In this document: positions 21,384 through 31,164 of the stretch, in pieces
Position numbering within the stretch: position 1 is the first letter of the stretch
How the letters are laid out: every line of letters starts with the position of its first letter
NCBI GenBank assembly: GCA_002335495.1
Contig: DDBW01000002.1
Coordinates: 9,249 to 73,248 of the forward strand
Origin: Candidatus Dojkabacteria bacterium UBA2022
GTDB lineage: Bacteria; Patescibacteriota; Dojkabacteria; SC72
DNA: 64,000 bases
Direction: 5' to 3'
Notes under the pieces: generated by a model
What the model saw: only the letters and a program-made list of their open reading frames with translations
Told to the model about the DNA's origin: nothing
The model's database searches: none
Made by a program: the position numbers and the translations under genes

Positions 21384-22841
21384 TTAGAAGTATTTACTCA
21401 ATATCCTAAACTTCTCTTTCCATGTATATTGCTTCATCACTTTGTTGTATCCACTATCCCCCATCTTCTTAAGAACATCTTTATTATTTAAAAGATACTC
21501 AATCTTTTGAGCCAGGAGGTTGGAGTCATCAAAAGGAAGGGTATATCCATCTTTACCGTTATCAATAACTTCATTAACAGCCTCAATATCACACCCTATT
21601 ACAGCCTTTTTATACAACCATGCCTCAAGATATACAATGCCAAAGGATTCGCTTTTAGAGACCATTACAAAAAGATTACCAGCGTCAAAAAGATCCCACT
21701 TCTCTTGATCAGAAGGCCTTTCTAAAACAATACTATTATTTTTAACAAGCTCCGATTTCTCTTTCCAAAACTCTTCAAAAGCAATAGAGTTATTTCCGGC
21801 CAGAACAAGCTTAAACTTCTTCCCTTTCTCCCATAGAATCTCACTTGCGTTCACCAAGTTATTAACTCCTTTAACGGCCTCACGAGCCCCTACAAAGAAA
21901 ACAATTGGGGTCTCTCTCTCTATCCCGTTATTTTTCCTAAACCTCTCTCCATCACCCACCAATACCTCCTCAGGTTCAACCCCTAATCCAACCTTCACAA
22001 ATTTATTAACATCAATACTCCTATCTGATCTTTTTCTAAAAGGTTTTGTAACAAGATGGGAGAGGAATATTGGTAGAGAAACAAGGGTTATAAATATTTT
22101 GGCTAAATAGAAGAGGATAGTTGGAGTACTGTTGGATATTTTAACCTCTTCTCGCCCTCCTCCCCTTCCAAAGTTGTCATATCCATATTTAACAACATCA
22201 GATGGGGAAACGGCCCCTTTGTATGTATCAAAGAAGTTGATCAGAGAGTTCTTCTCGGCATCAGTCTGTACAAATATTTTATCTGCACGATCATAGAACG
22301 GAAGGACTCTTGGATGAAAGTATTTATCTTCTAAAACATATTTTCCAGTTACATTGCTGTGCGCAAAAGGAGTTATGTATAACTTTGCCCCGGTTCTTTT
22401 GGCTAAGTTCATTCCAACATAGAAGAGGCTATTGTATGGCATGGCAGAAACATGAATTATGTCGTATTTAGGGAGTTTAGAGTACCCCTTTAATAATTGG
22501 GCGTACATACCAATGCACATAGGAGGACTTCCCAAACATTGAAGGTGCCAGCTAGGCATATGCCACATCACATATCTAAATCCCTTGTTTATGAACACGT
22601 TATTAAGAAAGAAAGGACTTGTTTTAAACCTTCTAACATGAACTCCGTTTATGTCCTCTTGTAAAAGTTCAACTTTTCCTCGCTTGGGATACCATAGGGC
22701 ATCTGCTTCTAGAGCATCCGAGGTCCACACATCTACTTCATGACCATTTTTCACACACCACTCTGCGAGTTTCTTTACGTATATTTCAGCTCCCCCATAT
22801 GCTGGAGCATATCTTTGTGTAATAAAAAGAATTTTAGACAT
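21384..22841 (-). CDS. glycosyltransferase, GT-B fold (family 4-like)
   Basis: N-terminal 'KILFITQRYAPAYGGAEIY' and C-terminal 'ESFGIVYLEAWLYKKAVIG' (the E-x7-E region). 485 aa with an internal hydrophobic insert. Confidence 0.7.
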   Translation of the reverse strand: MSKILFITQRYAPAYGGAEIYVKKLAEWCVKNGHEVDVWTSDALEADALWYPKRGKVELLQEDINGVHVRRFKTSPFFLNNVFINKGFRYVMWHMPSWHLQCLGSPPMCIGMYAQLLKGYSKLPKYDIIHVSAMPYNSLFYVGMNLAKRTGAKLYITPFAHSNVTGKYVLEDKYFHPRVLPFYDRADKIFVQTDAEKNSLINFFDTYKGAVSPSDVVKYGYDNFGRGGGREEVKISNSTPTILFYLAKIFITLVSLPIFLSHLVTKPFRKRSDRSIDVNKFVKVGLGVEPEEVLVGDGERFRKNNGIERETPIVFFVGAREAVKGVNNLVNASEILWEKGKKFKLVLAGNNSIAFEEFWKEKSELVKNNSIVLERPSDQEKWDLFDAGNLFVMVSKSESFGIVYLEAWLYKKAVIGCDIEAVNEVIDNGKDGYTLPFDDSNLLAQKIEYLLNNKDVLKKMGDSGYNKVMKQYTWKEKFRILSKYF

Positions 22842-22843
22842 CC

Positions 22844-23290
22844 CTACTTAATATATTCTAATTTTCTACCTAGTTCTGCATTTGGGGCACATACAGTAAC
22901 TCTTCCTTTGTCACTCTGAACGATATGATATCCTGTGTGTTCTCCGTCTTCTTTAGGATCAACTGGCATGAATTCCATATACTTATCGTTTACCAAAACG
23001 TCGAGGGTAACTTTCCCTTCACACTTATCGCTTTTATGCCGGCATATTTCATACTTAGCATCGGTACAATTATCAGATACAGGGATATTTCGAGGGAGAG
23101 TTCCGCTATTTGCTTTGGCATACTCTGTTATTCCTGCAACAATCTGAGACATATTTTCAATTCTAATGTTGTTCCTTTCATCGGCAAGTCTTCTTCCTGG
23201 ATTTAGAAGGACTGTTGCAACAACGAGAATAAGGAGGGTGGCTCCAAGGAGTATTAAGATAGTTTTTTGAGAGAGCTGTTTCATAAACAA
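22844..23290 (-). CDS. membrane-anchored small protein, pilin-like (tentative)
   Basis: N-terminal hydrophobic helix followed by 'ADERNNIRIENMSQIVAGITEYAKANSGTLP'. That segment resembles the alpha1 segment of type IV pilins or pseudopilins, but there is no canonical G-F-T-L-I-E prepilin site. Confidence 0.35.
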   Translation of the reverse strand: MFMKQLSQKTILILLGATLLILVVATVLLNPGRRLADERNNIRIENMSQIVAGITEYAKANSGTLPRNIPVSDNCTDAKYEICRHKSDKCEGKVTLDVLVNDKYMEFMPVDPKEDGEHTGYHIVQSDKGRVTVCAPNAELGRKLEYIK

Positions 23291-23344
23291 AGTCTCAAAT
23301 GTTAATAGTACATTCTACAGATATAGCAGAGGGAGGGCAACAGA

Positions 23345-23980
23345 TTATTTCTCCTTCCTATATTCAATATACGAAAATATAACTAAATATAAGGCTGATA
23401 ATACAAATGGCGCTAGACCGACAAGCATTAAAGGTGATGATAGTAAGCCTACGAGTACAAATATAGCGGAGAATTTAAAAAGCTTTGCAGCGAGTTTATG
23501 TGTACTATTCCACACCCTATCGCTACTTAGCGTCCAAGGTGTTCGAATCCCCATAAACCAATTCATTTTTACGTTCTCCATTGCCAAAGCAATATTATAT
23601 AGGAGACCTGAAAGTCCAAGAGAAAAGTATATATTTACAGGAATTTTTATATCTATATTCCAAAGGAGCATTAAAAGATATAGTCCTAAAAAGAAAACTG
23701 ATATATAGAGGACTAACTTCTCGTAAGAGTTTCTATACTCTTCAAAACTCTCTTTATTTGGATCTACCTTTGGAGCGATTATAAATATTGCGGAAAGAAC
23801 CACAGAGATAATAGGTAGGAGAAATACTCCCCAGAACTTTCCCATAGTGCCATCAACTTCTCCATTTATATTCCAGTGAGAGGAGATAGTGTCAGGAAGA
23901 AATGGGTAGAAAAGAATACCCACCACAAAAGATATAAAAGGTATGAGTAAAAGGTAAAGATCGTTTTTTCTAATTTTCAT
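23345..23980 (-). CDS. SdpI/YhfL-family membrane protein (DUF1648 + SdpI)
   Basis: 'SSHWNINGEVDG' is DUF1648-like and 'GIRTPWTLSSDRVWNSTH' is the SdpI signature. About 6 TM helices. Confidence 0.5.
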   Translation of the reverse strand: MKIRKNDLYLLLIPFISFVVGILFYPFLPDTISSHWNINGEVDGTMGKFWGVFLLPIISVVLSAIFIIAPKVDPNKESFEEYRNSYEKLVLYISVFFLGLYLLMLLWNIDIKIPVNIYFSLGLSGLLYNIALAMENVKMNWFMGIRTPWTLSSDRVWNSTHKLAAKLFKFSAIFVLVGLLSSPLMLVGLAPFVLSALYLVIFSYIEYRKEK

Positions 23981-24015
23981 ATCGATTGCGACTATAATTA
24001 AAATAGTATTCGAAA

Positions 24016-24108
24016 TGGCGGAGAGAGAGGGATTCGAACCCTCGATACCCTTTTGGGGTAAACCGCGTTTCGAGTGCGGCGCAATAGACCGGACTATGCG
24101 ATCTCTCC
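24016..24108 (-). tRNA. tRNA-Ser (anticodon CGA), type II with long variable arm
   Basis: Minus strand: acceptor GGAGAGA/UCUCUCC, discriminator G, encoded CCA, T-arm GAGGG-UUCGAAU-CCCUC, anticodon loop CU-CGA-AA, extra arm UACCC-CAAAA-GGGUA. Confidence 0.7.
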
Positions 24109-24159
24109 ATTACTAGAGAGATTATACCTTCAAAATAGAAATATATGTACTCTATAAAT

Positions 24160-26025
24160 CTATTTTACAAACAGATATCCTGACACATAGTTTATAGATT
24201 CAACCTTCTCTCCTTTTGGATCTAAACTATATCCAATCGAACTAATTACAAATACACTATCACTAGATCTAAGAGTCATAAGCTCCGGGTTCACCGTATA
24301 GTAAGTATTTCCTCCCGCTTCTTTTTCAAGATAAACTCCTTCAAATTTTGGATTATTATAGAAAGGAGTAGTGGAGAAAGAATCACTATCTACATCAATC
24401 TTTGTTACAGTATAAGTATTTCGGAAGAGTTCAAACTCATTACCATCATAGGAATCGTAAGGAATATTATCTATATAGAGGACTGATTTATATCCATCAG
24501 GAAATGGTACAGATGTGGAATCCAAATTAACAGAGACATAGCGCTGTTGAATAATAGGATTTGAATAGTCAGTATCGTTAAAGTAGAGCTCGCTGAAATT
24601 ATAATGACTTAGATAAGTAGAATCCAGAGAAAGAACCTTAGCATAACCAAAAGAATTTATTGTAACCTTATCTAGAACCTCCTCTGACCAATACTCTTTC
24701 AACTCCCCAACTCCGCTATATCCATTTACTAAATTGGTAGCATCCCCCATTAGCATTCCATTCCCTTCCACCTTATTTCTCTCAGCCCTTCCTATCTTTC
24801 CATCAACATAAATTCCTTCTTCTTTTGCAATTTCAATAATTCTAGCAATCTGAGATTTTTCAGCCCAATAGAAAGATGTGAATGGAAGATAGAAGGATGC
24901 AAAAATAACAGATAACAATGCAAATACGATGTATTGCGGCTTGGAGGATTTAGAAAGTAGCAAATACACACTTGTCCCTATAAACCAAAGAATAATAGCC
25001 ATAAGAACAAACCTGTTAACAGTAATTCCATAGGCATCAATTCTCAGATAAAGGGAGTATACCCAGAATAACAATGTTGGGACAGAAAGTGCTGATGTAA
25101 TCCTCGTAAACAATCTCTTGAACTTAGCATCTCCCGAATCATCCTTAACTCCGTAAAAGGTAATAACTCCTGCATAGATCATTCCGTGTAAGGCAATGAT
25201 GATGAATGTAGCTTCGTTTGCAGGCCACTCTTCTCTGAATGGGAAACTGAAAATATATGGATACAAAATTACGACATAAATCGCGATGAGAGGAGTCAAA
25301 ATGTACTTCACTAGAATGGAAAGATACTTTGGAAGATCTATAAGCTCTGTAACTTTTCTAAAATCATATACGTCATGAAGGAAATGAAGAGGTGCAACAA
25401 GGACGTAGCTGAATACCATAATAATAAAATACTGGTTATCAAAGAAGGTAATACTCCAGAAAGTATCCAGAGCTAATAAAGCAAGAGAGAGACCGATGTA
25501 AATGGCAATTGAATATAGGATAGAAACAGACGCTCTAAAAACCGTCGTTATGTAGAAGTTCCACCAATCTCTAGATCCACCGTCTTTGATAAACGGTACA
25601 GAGAAAACAGAAAGGAAAGATACAAGAACCAGAATTAATAATCTATAAACATTACCAGTGAAAGAGGTTGATATATATTCATAGGATTGTATGTTTATTG
25701 TTATTAGAGAAGCAGCAATACTTCCCACCAAGGCTAACACTCCTGCATAGAACAAAACTTTCTTTACAAGGTCTAAATTAAGCTTTTCACTTGTCAATTG
25801 AACCGTTATGGAACTAAATATGAGGGAAACATTTCCCATCAATATTAATCCCAAAAGATAAGTATCTTTCTCATTCGTATAAGATTTGAAATGAGGATGT
25901 TCGATAAGAATACAAAGGCCAATGAACTCAATAATAATCAAAACAGTTGTAACGGGAAACCTACTAAATAAAGCTCTTACACCGCTAATAAAGGAATCTC
26001 TTAAAGTTTGAAGGGATAATTTCAT
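24160..26025 (-). CDS. large polytopic membrane protein (621 aa), hypothetical
   Basis: About 12 to 14 TM helices followed by a C-terminal soluble domain of about 200 aa rich in Tyr/Asn/Ser. Confidence 0.5.
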   Translation of the reverse strand: MKLSLQTLRDSFISGVRALFSRFPVTTVLIIIEFIGLCILIEHPHFKSYTNEKDTYLLGLILMGNVSLIFSSITVQLTSEKLNLDLVKKVLFYAGVLALVGSIAASLITINIQSYEYISTSFTGNVYRLLILVLVSFLSVFSVPFIKDGGSRDWWNFYITTVFRASVSILYSIAIYIGLSLALLALDTFWSITFFDNQYFIIMVFSYVLVAPLHFLHDVYDFRKVTELIDLPKYLSILVKYILTPLIAIYVVILYPYIFSFPFREEWPANEATFIIIALHGMIYAGVITFYGVKDDSGDAKFKRLFTRITSALSVPTLLFWVYSLYLRIDAYGITVNRFVLMAIILWFIGTSVYLLLSKSSKPQYIVFALLSVIFASFYLPFTSFYWAEKSQIARIIEIAKEEGIYVDGKIGRAERNKVEGNGMLMGDATNLVNGYSGVGELKEYWSEEVLDKVTINSFGYAKVLSLDSTYLSHYNFSELYFNDTDYSNPIIQQRYVSVNLDSTSVPFPDGYKSVLYIDNIPYDSYDGNEFELFRNTYTVTKIDVDSDSFSTTPFYNNPKFEGVYLEKEAGGNTYYTVNPELMTLRSSDSVFVISSIGYSLDPKGEKVESINYVSGYLFVK

Positions 26026-26092
26026 TTACTATATAAATAACAACTATTTATTTACATAGTATCACTATTAGGCATATTCCGGAATATGAAAC

Positions 26093-26785
26093 CTACAACT
26101 TTTCAAATGGTATATATTCTCCAAAGTTCATCTGATTCAACCTACTCCATTTTCTCATATCCTTATACTCCAACTTATCAGCTAGTAATACAAACAATGC
26201 TTTTACATCCTTCTCATCCAATAGCATAAGAAGACGACCAGGAAATCTAAGCTTAGTTTCAACCGCTAACATATACTGCCCTTCTCTCTTTGAGAACCAG
26301 AAAGAATCTAAAACCAACCATTCATAAAGACTTCCCATAGATTCAATACCCTTGGTGTTAATCTGATGAGTCACAATAGCTGGAGGAGTAGTACCTAAAA
26401 CATAGAAAAGGAACAATAACGCAATTATAGAAGCCATTAAACCGTAGTGACCAAGAACAGCCAGATACATAATAAAGAGAAGCATAACCCCAGTAATAAT
26501 TAAGAACATCTTAGGATTAAAGGGCTGATTAAACCGCATAGGAGCTTCCCATTCAAACAACTTTATCTTCTGAACAACCTTCTTCTCTACATCCGCCTCG
26601 ACCTTAGCCTCTCCCTTTACAACGCTCTTTCTCTTTAATTCAATCTGCTTTTCTTTTGCCTTTTTAGCAAGTTTCTCAACCTCTTCCTCTCTCTTTCTTA
26701 ATTCAAGCTCCCCAGAAAGAACTTTAGCAATATCACTAAGCTCATCTGCAAGAGAAATTTTCTTCTTTACCTTTGATTTAGCCAT
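26093..26785 (-). CDS. membrane protein with N-terminal charged coiled-coil
   Basis: K/E-rich helix ('RKREEEVEKLAKKAKEKQIELKRK') then 2 TM helices and a C-terminal domain. Confidence 0.4.
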   Translation of the reverse strand: MAKSKVKKKISLADELSDIAKVLSGELELRKREEEVEKLAKKAKEKQIELKRKSVVKGEAKVEADVEKKVVQKIKLFEWEAPMRFNQPFNPKMFLIITGVMLLFIMYLAVLGHYGLMASIIALLFLFYVLGTTPPAIVTHQINTKGIESMGSLYEWLVLDSFWFSKREGQYMLAVETKLRFPGRLLMLLDEKDVKALFVLLADKLEYKDMRKWSRLNQMNFGEYIPFEKL

Positions 26786-26791
26786 GACTAA

Positions 26792-27166
26792 TCATATAAC
26801 AGTTAATAGGATAATAACAAGTAATAGGGCAAGAAAACTCCATGGAAAGATTAAAATACCTAATATATGGAGAATTAGCCCAACTACTAAACTAGAAGCA
26901 ACTATAATCCCCCACTTCAAGGCAATTCCATGATGAGGAAAATCACTCCATCCAAAAGCTAGAAATTTCTGAAGGAGAAAAATAACAAGAGAAATTAGAG
27001 ATTGAACTAAAACAAACAGTAGAATTAAAACGGTAGAAACGTTATAGAGATTAATAGATCCATTTGTAAGAGGAAGGAAATAATCAAGAGATAGCAAATA
27101 TATCAGAAGGGTAACAGAGAAGAGAAAGAGAACTCCTTGTATAAATAAGAATTTCATATGTAACAA
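26792..27166 (-). CDS. small membrane protein (4 TM)
   Basis: 124 aa, almost entirely hydrophobic helices. Confidence 0.3.
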   Translation of the reverse strand: MLHMKFLFIQGVLFLFSVTLLIYLLSLDYFLPLTNGSINLYNVSTVLILLFVLVQSLISLVIFLLQKFLAFGWSDFPHHGIALKWGIIVASSLVVGLILHILGILIFPWSFLALLLVIILLTVI

Positions 27167-27233
27167 AATATAGGTCTTTAAGCTCTTTAACTCTAAGAAT
27201 AATCTAATAAATATAATTTATTATAACTATTCT

Positions 27234-27893
27234 ATGAATATTTTAATTATAGAGGATTACCCAACAGTTGCCCAGATAACTAAAAATATACTCAGTACTA
27301 ATAACTTCAATGCAACTGTTAAAAAATCTGAAGAAATAAGTGATCTGGATCTTAAAACGAACCTATACGACATTATAATCGTTGACGTGAATCTACCCAA
27401 AGGAAGAACGATTGAGTACCTAAAGATAGTAAACAAATGCGAAAGAGCCCCATTAGTAATGGGGCTCTCAAGTAAGGCGACATGGAAGGAAAAAGTAGAG
27501 GTTTTAAATATGGGAGCCGATGATGTTATCGATTACCCATATGCAATCGCTGAGCTGCTTGCTCGAATAAACTCGTTACAAAGAAGGCCTAAACAGAAAG
27601 AAAATAAATATCTTAGATATAGAGATTTCAATATAGATACAGACATGAAATATGTAACAAAGGATAATCAGGAAGTGCCTTTAAGAAGACGTGAGTACAC
27701 CCTCCTTGAATATTTAGTAAAAAACAAGAATAGATTAATAAGTAGAAATGAACTTCTCGACAAAGTATGGGATTATAGAAAAATGACAACATCGAATACC
27801 GTAGATGTTCATGTGAAAAGATTGCGAGATAAACTAGCAGACAAAGACGCGATACAAACTGTACATGGGTTTGGGTATGTAGCCAAAGATTAG
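27234..27893 (+). CDS. OmpR/PhoB-family response regulator
   Basis: Receiver domain ('ILIIEDYP', 'DIIIVDVNLP', 'VMGLSSKA' T/K positions) plus a C-terminal winged helix ('LTLLEYLVKNKNRLISRNELLDKVWD...VDVHVKRLRDKL...TVHGFGY'). Confidence 0.75.
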   Translation: MNILIIEDYPTVAQITKNILSTNNFNATVKKSEEISDLDLKTNLYDIIIVDVNLPKGRTIEYLKIVNKCERAPLVMGLSSKATWKEKVEVLNMGADDVIDYPYAIAELLARINSLQRRPKQKENKYLRYRDFNIDTDMKYVTKDNQEVPLRRREYTLLEYLVKNKNRLISRNELLDKVWDYRKMTTSNTVDVHVKRLRDKLADKDAIQTVHGFGYVAKD

Positions 27894-29017
27894 AGCATCA
27901 TAGGCATAATAAGGTGGATGAAATTATCATCCCCTTTTATCTTGAAGACCCCAGGTTTAACAGATTCAGTACATTCAAGAAGAATCTCTTCGCCATCGAG
28001 ATTATTAAACATATCACCTAAAAATCTAGCACTAAAGGCAATTTTAAGAGACTCACCCTCTAATACTCCCGATAAAACACTTCTGTTACTACCGACCTCT
28101 GACTGAGAAGCAGACAAAGCTACTTCATTTTCAGTAGGATTCAAATCAAGAATAATTTTATTCCCTAAAACACTTCTCGCAATAATATTGGTAACCTTCA
28201 AGGCATTTGAAAACTCATCCTTTCTAGCAACAGCCTGAGTTTTGTAACCAGTAGGGATAATCTGTCGATATTCAGGATATTGACCGTCAATAAGTCTAGA
28301 AACAATATCTACATCTCCAAACCTAAATATAACTTGATTTCTATCCTCCATAATATAGAGATTTATAAGATCTTTAGCATCGAGTCCCATCTCAGAAACA
28401 ACAAAGGCAAGCTCTTGCAAAGCTTTAACAGGAACTAGAAGATTCACATTTTTAACAGACTCTTCTTTTATTTTGATAGTTTGCTTGGAAAGCCTTAAAC
28501 CATCAGCTGCAACAAAAGAAACATTCTTTCCTTCTATTTCGATTCGAACTCCTGTCAAAACAGGTTTAACATCATCAGAAGCCGCAGCAAAGGCAACTCG
28601 CTTAACAGAAGTAAGAAGATCTTCCTGAGAGATTTTAAGAACTGGAGCCTCTTTATCAATAGTTACAACATTAGGGTAATCATCAGAAGGAATAGTATGA
28701 AATTCAGCATTATTATTAACGGTTGAGACAACAACCATATGCTTATCAAAAGTAACATCAACTTTCTCAGAAGGAATACTATTAACAAACTCAGTGAGCT
28801 GTTTAGCTGGGACAGTCACCTTACCCTCTGTCTGGACATCAGCTCCAATCCAAGTATTAATTCCAATTTCTAAATCAGTAGCAGTTAGATGAACCTTTCC
28901 TCCTTTAGCTTCAAATAGGATATTGTTCAAAATAGGAAGTCCTGGTTTTGAGTTCACAACTCTACTAACAATATTCAAGTACTTGGCAAATGTATCCTGA
29001 TTGCATGAGAACTGCAT
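27890..29017 (-). CDS. dnaN: DNA polymerase III beta subunit (sliding clamp)
   Basis: 375 aa. 'LNIVSRVV...PILNNILFEA...LTATDLEIGI' is the typical DnaN N-terminus. The gene lies immediately downstream of dnaA. Confidence 0.85.
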   Translation of the reverse strand: MQFSCNQDTFAKYLNIVSRVVNSKPGLPILNNILFEAKGGKVHLTATDLEIGINTWIGADVQTEGKVTVPAKQLTEFVNSIPSEKVDVTFDKHMVVVSTVNNNAEFHTIPSDDYPNVVTIDKEAPVLKISQEDLLTSVKRVAFAAASDDVKPVLTGVRIEIEGKNVSFVAADGLRLSKQTIKIKEESVKNVNLLVPVKALQELAFVVSEMGLDAKDLINLYIMEDRNQVIFRFGDVDIVSRLIDGQYPEYRQIIPTGYKTQAVARKDEFSNALKVTNIIARSVLGNKIILDLNPTENEVALSASQSEVGSNRSVLSGVLEGESLKIAFSARFLGDMFNNLDGEEILLECTESVKPGVFKIKGDDNFIHLIMPMML

Positions 29018-29491
29018 ATCCCTTATCTGCTAAAAATTATTTGGGGCTTTACCTAGTATACAATGAGTACAGGTGTGGGTAAAGGTATTCCTTTATCCTT
29101 TCATTAAACATATCCCCTCTCTCTTCTCTTCTATATATATAAATATAGTCGTTGTAATAGTAGGGAGTATGTATATGTTTATAATCTCTCTCTTATTACC
29201 TACTCTTCCTTTTAAATACTATCTTTTTATTATCTATCTTCTTGTGGATACTTTATTCCTTGTTACAAAAAGATAGGTTGAAATTTCCTTTGATTGTACT
29301 CACTTATTTTTAGCTATCTTTTGTGGATATCTTATGTGAATTGTATATCCTTTTCTGTGTTATGTATGTGGAAAGTTGAATAGGTAGATTTGATTGTTTA
29401 ATGAGCTTTTTACGAAATTTCAATATTTTTAATCGTGGGTAATTCCTTATTTTATCCTGAGGTTTTGTAAAGTTATCCACTCAGTTATCCT
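29018..29491. promoter_or_regulatory. oriC: oriC-type DnaA-box cluster with AT-rich unwinding element (dnaA-dnaN intergenic)
   Basis: Near-consensus DnaA boxes at TGTGGATAC (29244-29252), TGTGGATAT (29323-29331) and TTATCCACT (29473-29481), plus several 7/9 matches ('TTATCCTGA', 'TTATCCTCT', 'TGTGGAAAG'). Also an AT-rich stretch 'TTCTATATATATAAATATAG'. An annotated 67-aa ORF inside this region is rejected. Confidence 0.6.
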
Positions 29492-30937
29492 CTACCCTAG
29501 TTTGGATTTGCATAGATCAATTTTATCCTTGAACCTACTATCATCCTTTATCATATCCTCAATTTTTTCACATGCGTGTAATACTGTGGTGTGGTCTGAT
29601 CTGTTTACCTCTCTGGCTACCTTCTCAAGAGGAAGTCCTAACTCATTTCTGAGCATATACATTACAACCTGCCTTGCGGTTGCTAAATATGCTGTTCTTC
29701 TTTTCCCTTTGAGATCCTTTGCCGTTACATCAAAGGTCTCGCATACTACTTCTATGATTCGCTCCGGCTTTATTCTCTTTCGCTTGCTCTCCATATCTAC
29801 TTGTAACGCCTTTGCTATCATCTCCAATGTTGGATTCGTTCCTAATCTTTGTAGTGAAATTACTTTAATAGCTGCGCCTTCAAGTTCTCTTACATTGTTT
29901 TCTACATTTTTAGCAATGAGCTCTAAAACATCTCTATCTAATGTTGTTCCTTGTTCTGATGCTATCTGTTGGAGAATTGCCATTCTTGTTTCATAATCAG
30001 GAGATTGGAGATCAGCTACCATTCCCCCTGCAAATCTTGATCTCAAGCGGTCGGTTATATTTTTAATCTCTTTCGGAGGTCTATCCGCGGCCATTATCAT
30101 CTGTTTATTCGATTGATAAAGGGTATTGAAGGTATGGAATAGCTCCTCCTGTGTTTTCGGATATGTTTCTACAAACTGAATATCGTCGATTATTAGCAAG
30201 TCTATTTCACGATACTTCTTTCTAAATTTCTCGTTGGTTCTATTTCTTATGGAATCTATTAGTTCATTAAGGAACTGTTCAATTGGGACGTATATTACCT
30301 TTTTGTCGGGAAATTTATTTAATACTTCATTACCAATAGCCTGCATTAAGTGAGTTTTTCCCACCCCTGTTGGTCCATAGAAGAATACTGGATTGTATAG
30401 TGTTCCCAGCTCTTTTGTTACAGATTCTGCTACCGCATGTGCTAGAGCATTATGACTTCCTACTATGAAGTTATTAAATAGATACTTGGGATTAAGTTGC
30501 GCGCTTCTTACAATTGCATTCTTATCTTTTACTATTTTCTCCTGAACCTCACTAAATATATTTGGAGAGTCACTATCCGTTATTTCAATTTCCTTTATAG
30601 CCTTAGGAACCTCTTTAAGTGATGATCGTACCGTTATTACAAAGTCCAGTCTCTGTCCTGTGGCCTGGGTTAAGCTTCTTGTTATCAGAGATCTATGGTA
30701 TGACTCTATCCATTCTCTTTTAAATCCCTGGTCACAACTTATCTGTGCAATTCCATTCTCGATCTTCTCCAGATATACCCCTTTAAACCATGTTGAAAAC
30801 TGCCTGGGAGACACATACATACGGATATTTTCCGATACGATTTTCCATATGGCCTCAAGGTCAAACTCAGGAGTACCTTCTTTTACGTCCCTATCCCCTC
30901 TTATTATTGGTTTTTCTAGTTCGAAATCATTCGCCAT
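29492..30937 (-). CDS. dnaA: chromosomal replication initiator DnaA
   Basis: Walker A 'GPTGVGKTHL', 'LLIIDDIQF', sensor/arginine region and a C-terminal DnaA-box binding helix 'TAYLATARQVVMYMLRNELGLPLEKVAREVNRSDHTTV'. Confidence 0.9.
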   Translation of the reverse strand: MANDFELEKPIIRGDRDVKEGTPEFDLEAIWKIVSENIRMYVSPRQFSTWFKGVYLEKIENGIAQISCDQGFKREWIESYHRSLITRSLTQATGQRLDFVITVRSSLKEVPKAIKEIEITDSDSPNIFSEVQEKIVKDKNAIVRSAQLNPKYLFNNFIVGSHNALAHAVAESVTKELGTLYNPVFFYGPTGVGKTHLMQAIGNEVLNKFPDKKVIYVPIEQFLNELIDSIRNRTNEKFRKKYREIDLLIIDDIQFVETYPKTQEELFHTFNTLYQSNKQMIMAADRPPKEIKNITDRLRSRFAGGMVADLQSPDYETRMAILQQIASEQGTTLDRDVLELIAKNVENNVRELEGAAIKVISLQRLGTNPTLEMIAKALQVDMESKRKRIKPERIIEVVCETFDVTAKDLKGKRRTAYLATARQVVMYMLRNELGLPLEKVAREVNRSDHTTVLHACEKIEDMIKDDSRFKDKIDLCKSKLG

Positions 30938-31006
30938 TATTGAATGGTTGAACTTAAAATCATACTTGGGCAGTGAAAATGATTACGTAAATAGTATTAT
31001 CAGAAA

Positions 31007-31015
31007 TGTGGATAA
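31007..31015. promoter_or_regulatory. consensus DnaA box (TGTGGATAA) upstream of dnaA
   Basis: Perfect 9-mer reverse-complement of TTATCCACA in the dnaA 5' region (30938-31164). Probably autoregulatory and/or a second part of the origin. Confidence 0.5.
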
Positions 31016-31164
31016 GTTTATAGGTAGACCTCAATAATACTTTCGTGATAACGGTCTTTCTGTATCTACTATGGTTGTATAGTATTCTCTCTTTGTTGTA
31101 TTTTGTATTCCCAACGAGAGATTTCTTTGATATAATAACGATAATTAGATATTAAAGCTTTCGA

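Noticed and set aside
22844-23290. Calling the 148-aa protein a bona fide type IV pilin
   Set aside because: It lacks the G-F-T-L-I-E prepilin peptidase site. Only the alpha1-like segment is suggestive, so it is kept as 'pilin-like, tentative'.
29073-29276. 67-aa ORF inside the dnaA-dnaN spacer
   Set aside because: It falls in the AT-rich origin region carrying DnaA boxes, has a hydrophobic low-complexity translation and no RBS context.
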